From NCBI GenBank assembly GCA_947574235.1, contig CANPIU010000005.1, forward strand, positions 1 through 54,760: DNA of 54,760 bases, read 5' to 3'. Made by a program: the position numbers and the translations under genes. The DNA comes from an uncultured Clostridium sp. Its GTDB lineage: Bacteria; Bacillota; Clostridia; TANB77; CAG-508. Under the pieces are notes generated by a model that had not been told where the DNA came from, made no database searches, and saw only the letters and a list, made by a program, of their open reading frames with translations. This document shows positions 54,659 to 54,760 of the stretch, piece by piece (position 1 is the first letter of the stretch; the number at the start of each line of letters is the position of its first letter).

Positions 54659-54707
54659 AATTAGTGTGTTCGTTCCAAGTACGTAAGGGAAAAGATACAC
54701 GAGTTAT

Positions 54708-54760
54708 GGTGGATGTAGCGTAGTTGGTTAACGCGCCAGTTTGTGGCACTGGAGACCGTG
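54708..54760 (+). tRNA. tRNA-His(GTG), truncated by window end
   Basis: Encoded G-1 then GTGGATG acceptor strand, D arm GCGT-AGTTGGTTA-ACGC, anticodon arm CCAGT-TTGTGGC-ACTGG. Confidence 0.9.

Noticed and set aside
54708-54760. A frameshift-suppressor tRNA explaining the CGG sites
   Set aside because: This tRNA has a normal 7-nt loop with GTG (His) anticodon; any relevant tRNA would lie outside the window

Overview
Low-GC Bacillota (Clostridia-like, inferred) chromosomal window. Order: 3' end of rpmA; an opposite-strand ATP-grasp + radical SAM gene pair; guaB; a ~37 kb cell-surface glycan locus (GT2/GT4 enzymes, Wzy-like protein, two large ricin-B-repeat cell wall hydrolases, pyruvyltransferase-ferredoxin-FrhB fusion, Wzt/Wzm, RmlA/RmlB/WecE-like/GNAT, several Gtr-type modification cassettes, prs); trpS, obgE, tsaE and a tsaB-rimI fusion, mreB-like, mtaB, a RAYT transposase flanked by REP-like inverted repeats, radA-disA, a cyclophilin and a truncated tRNA-His. 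Main observation: five genes (wzm, obgE, mreB, mtaB twice, radA) are broken by six +1 frameshifts, each exactly at an in-frame CGG codon, where skipping the C restores a conserved Gly (GGN) and a full-length protein. In a by-eye scan I found no in-frame CGG in any uninterrupted gene. This suggests CGG works as a +1 frameshift signal or four-base CGGN=Gly unit in this organism. A systematic sequencing or assembly artefact cannot be excluded without reads or related genomes.
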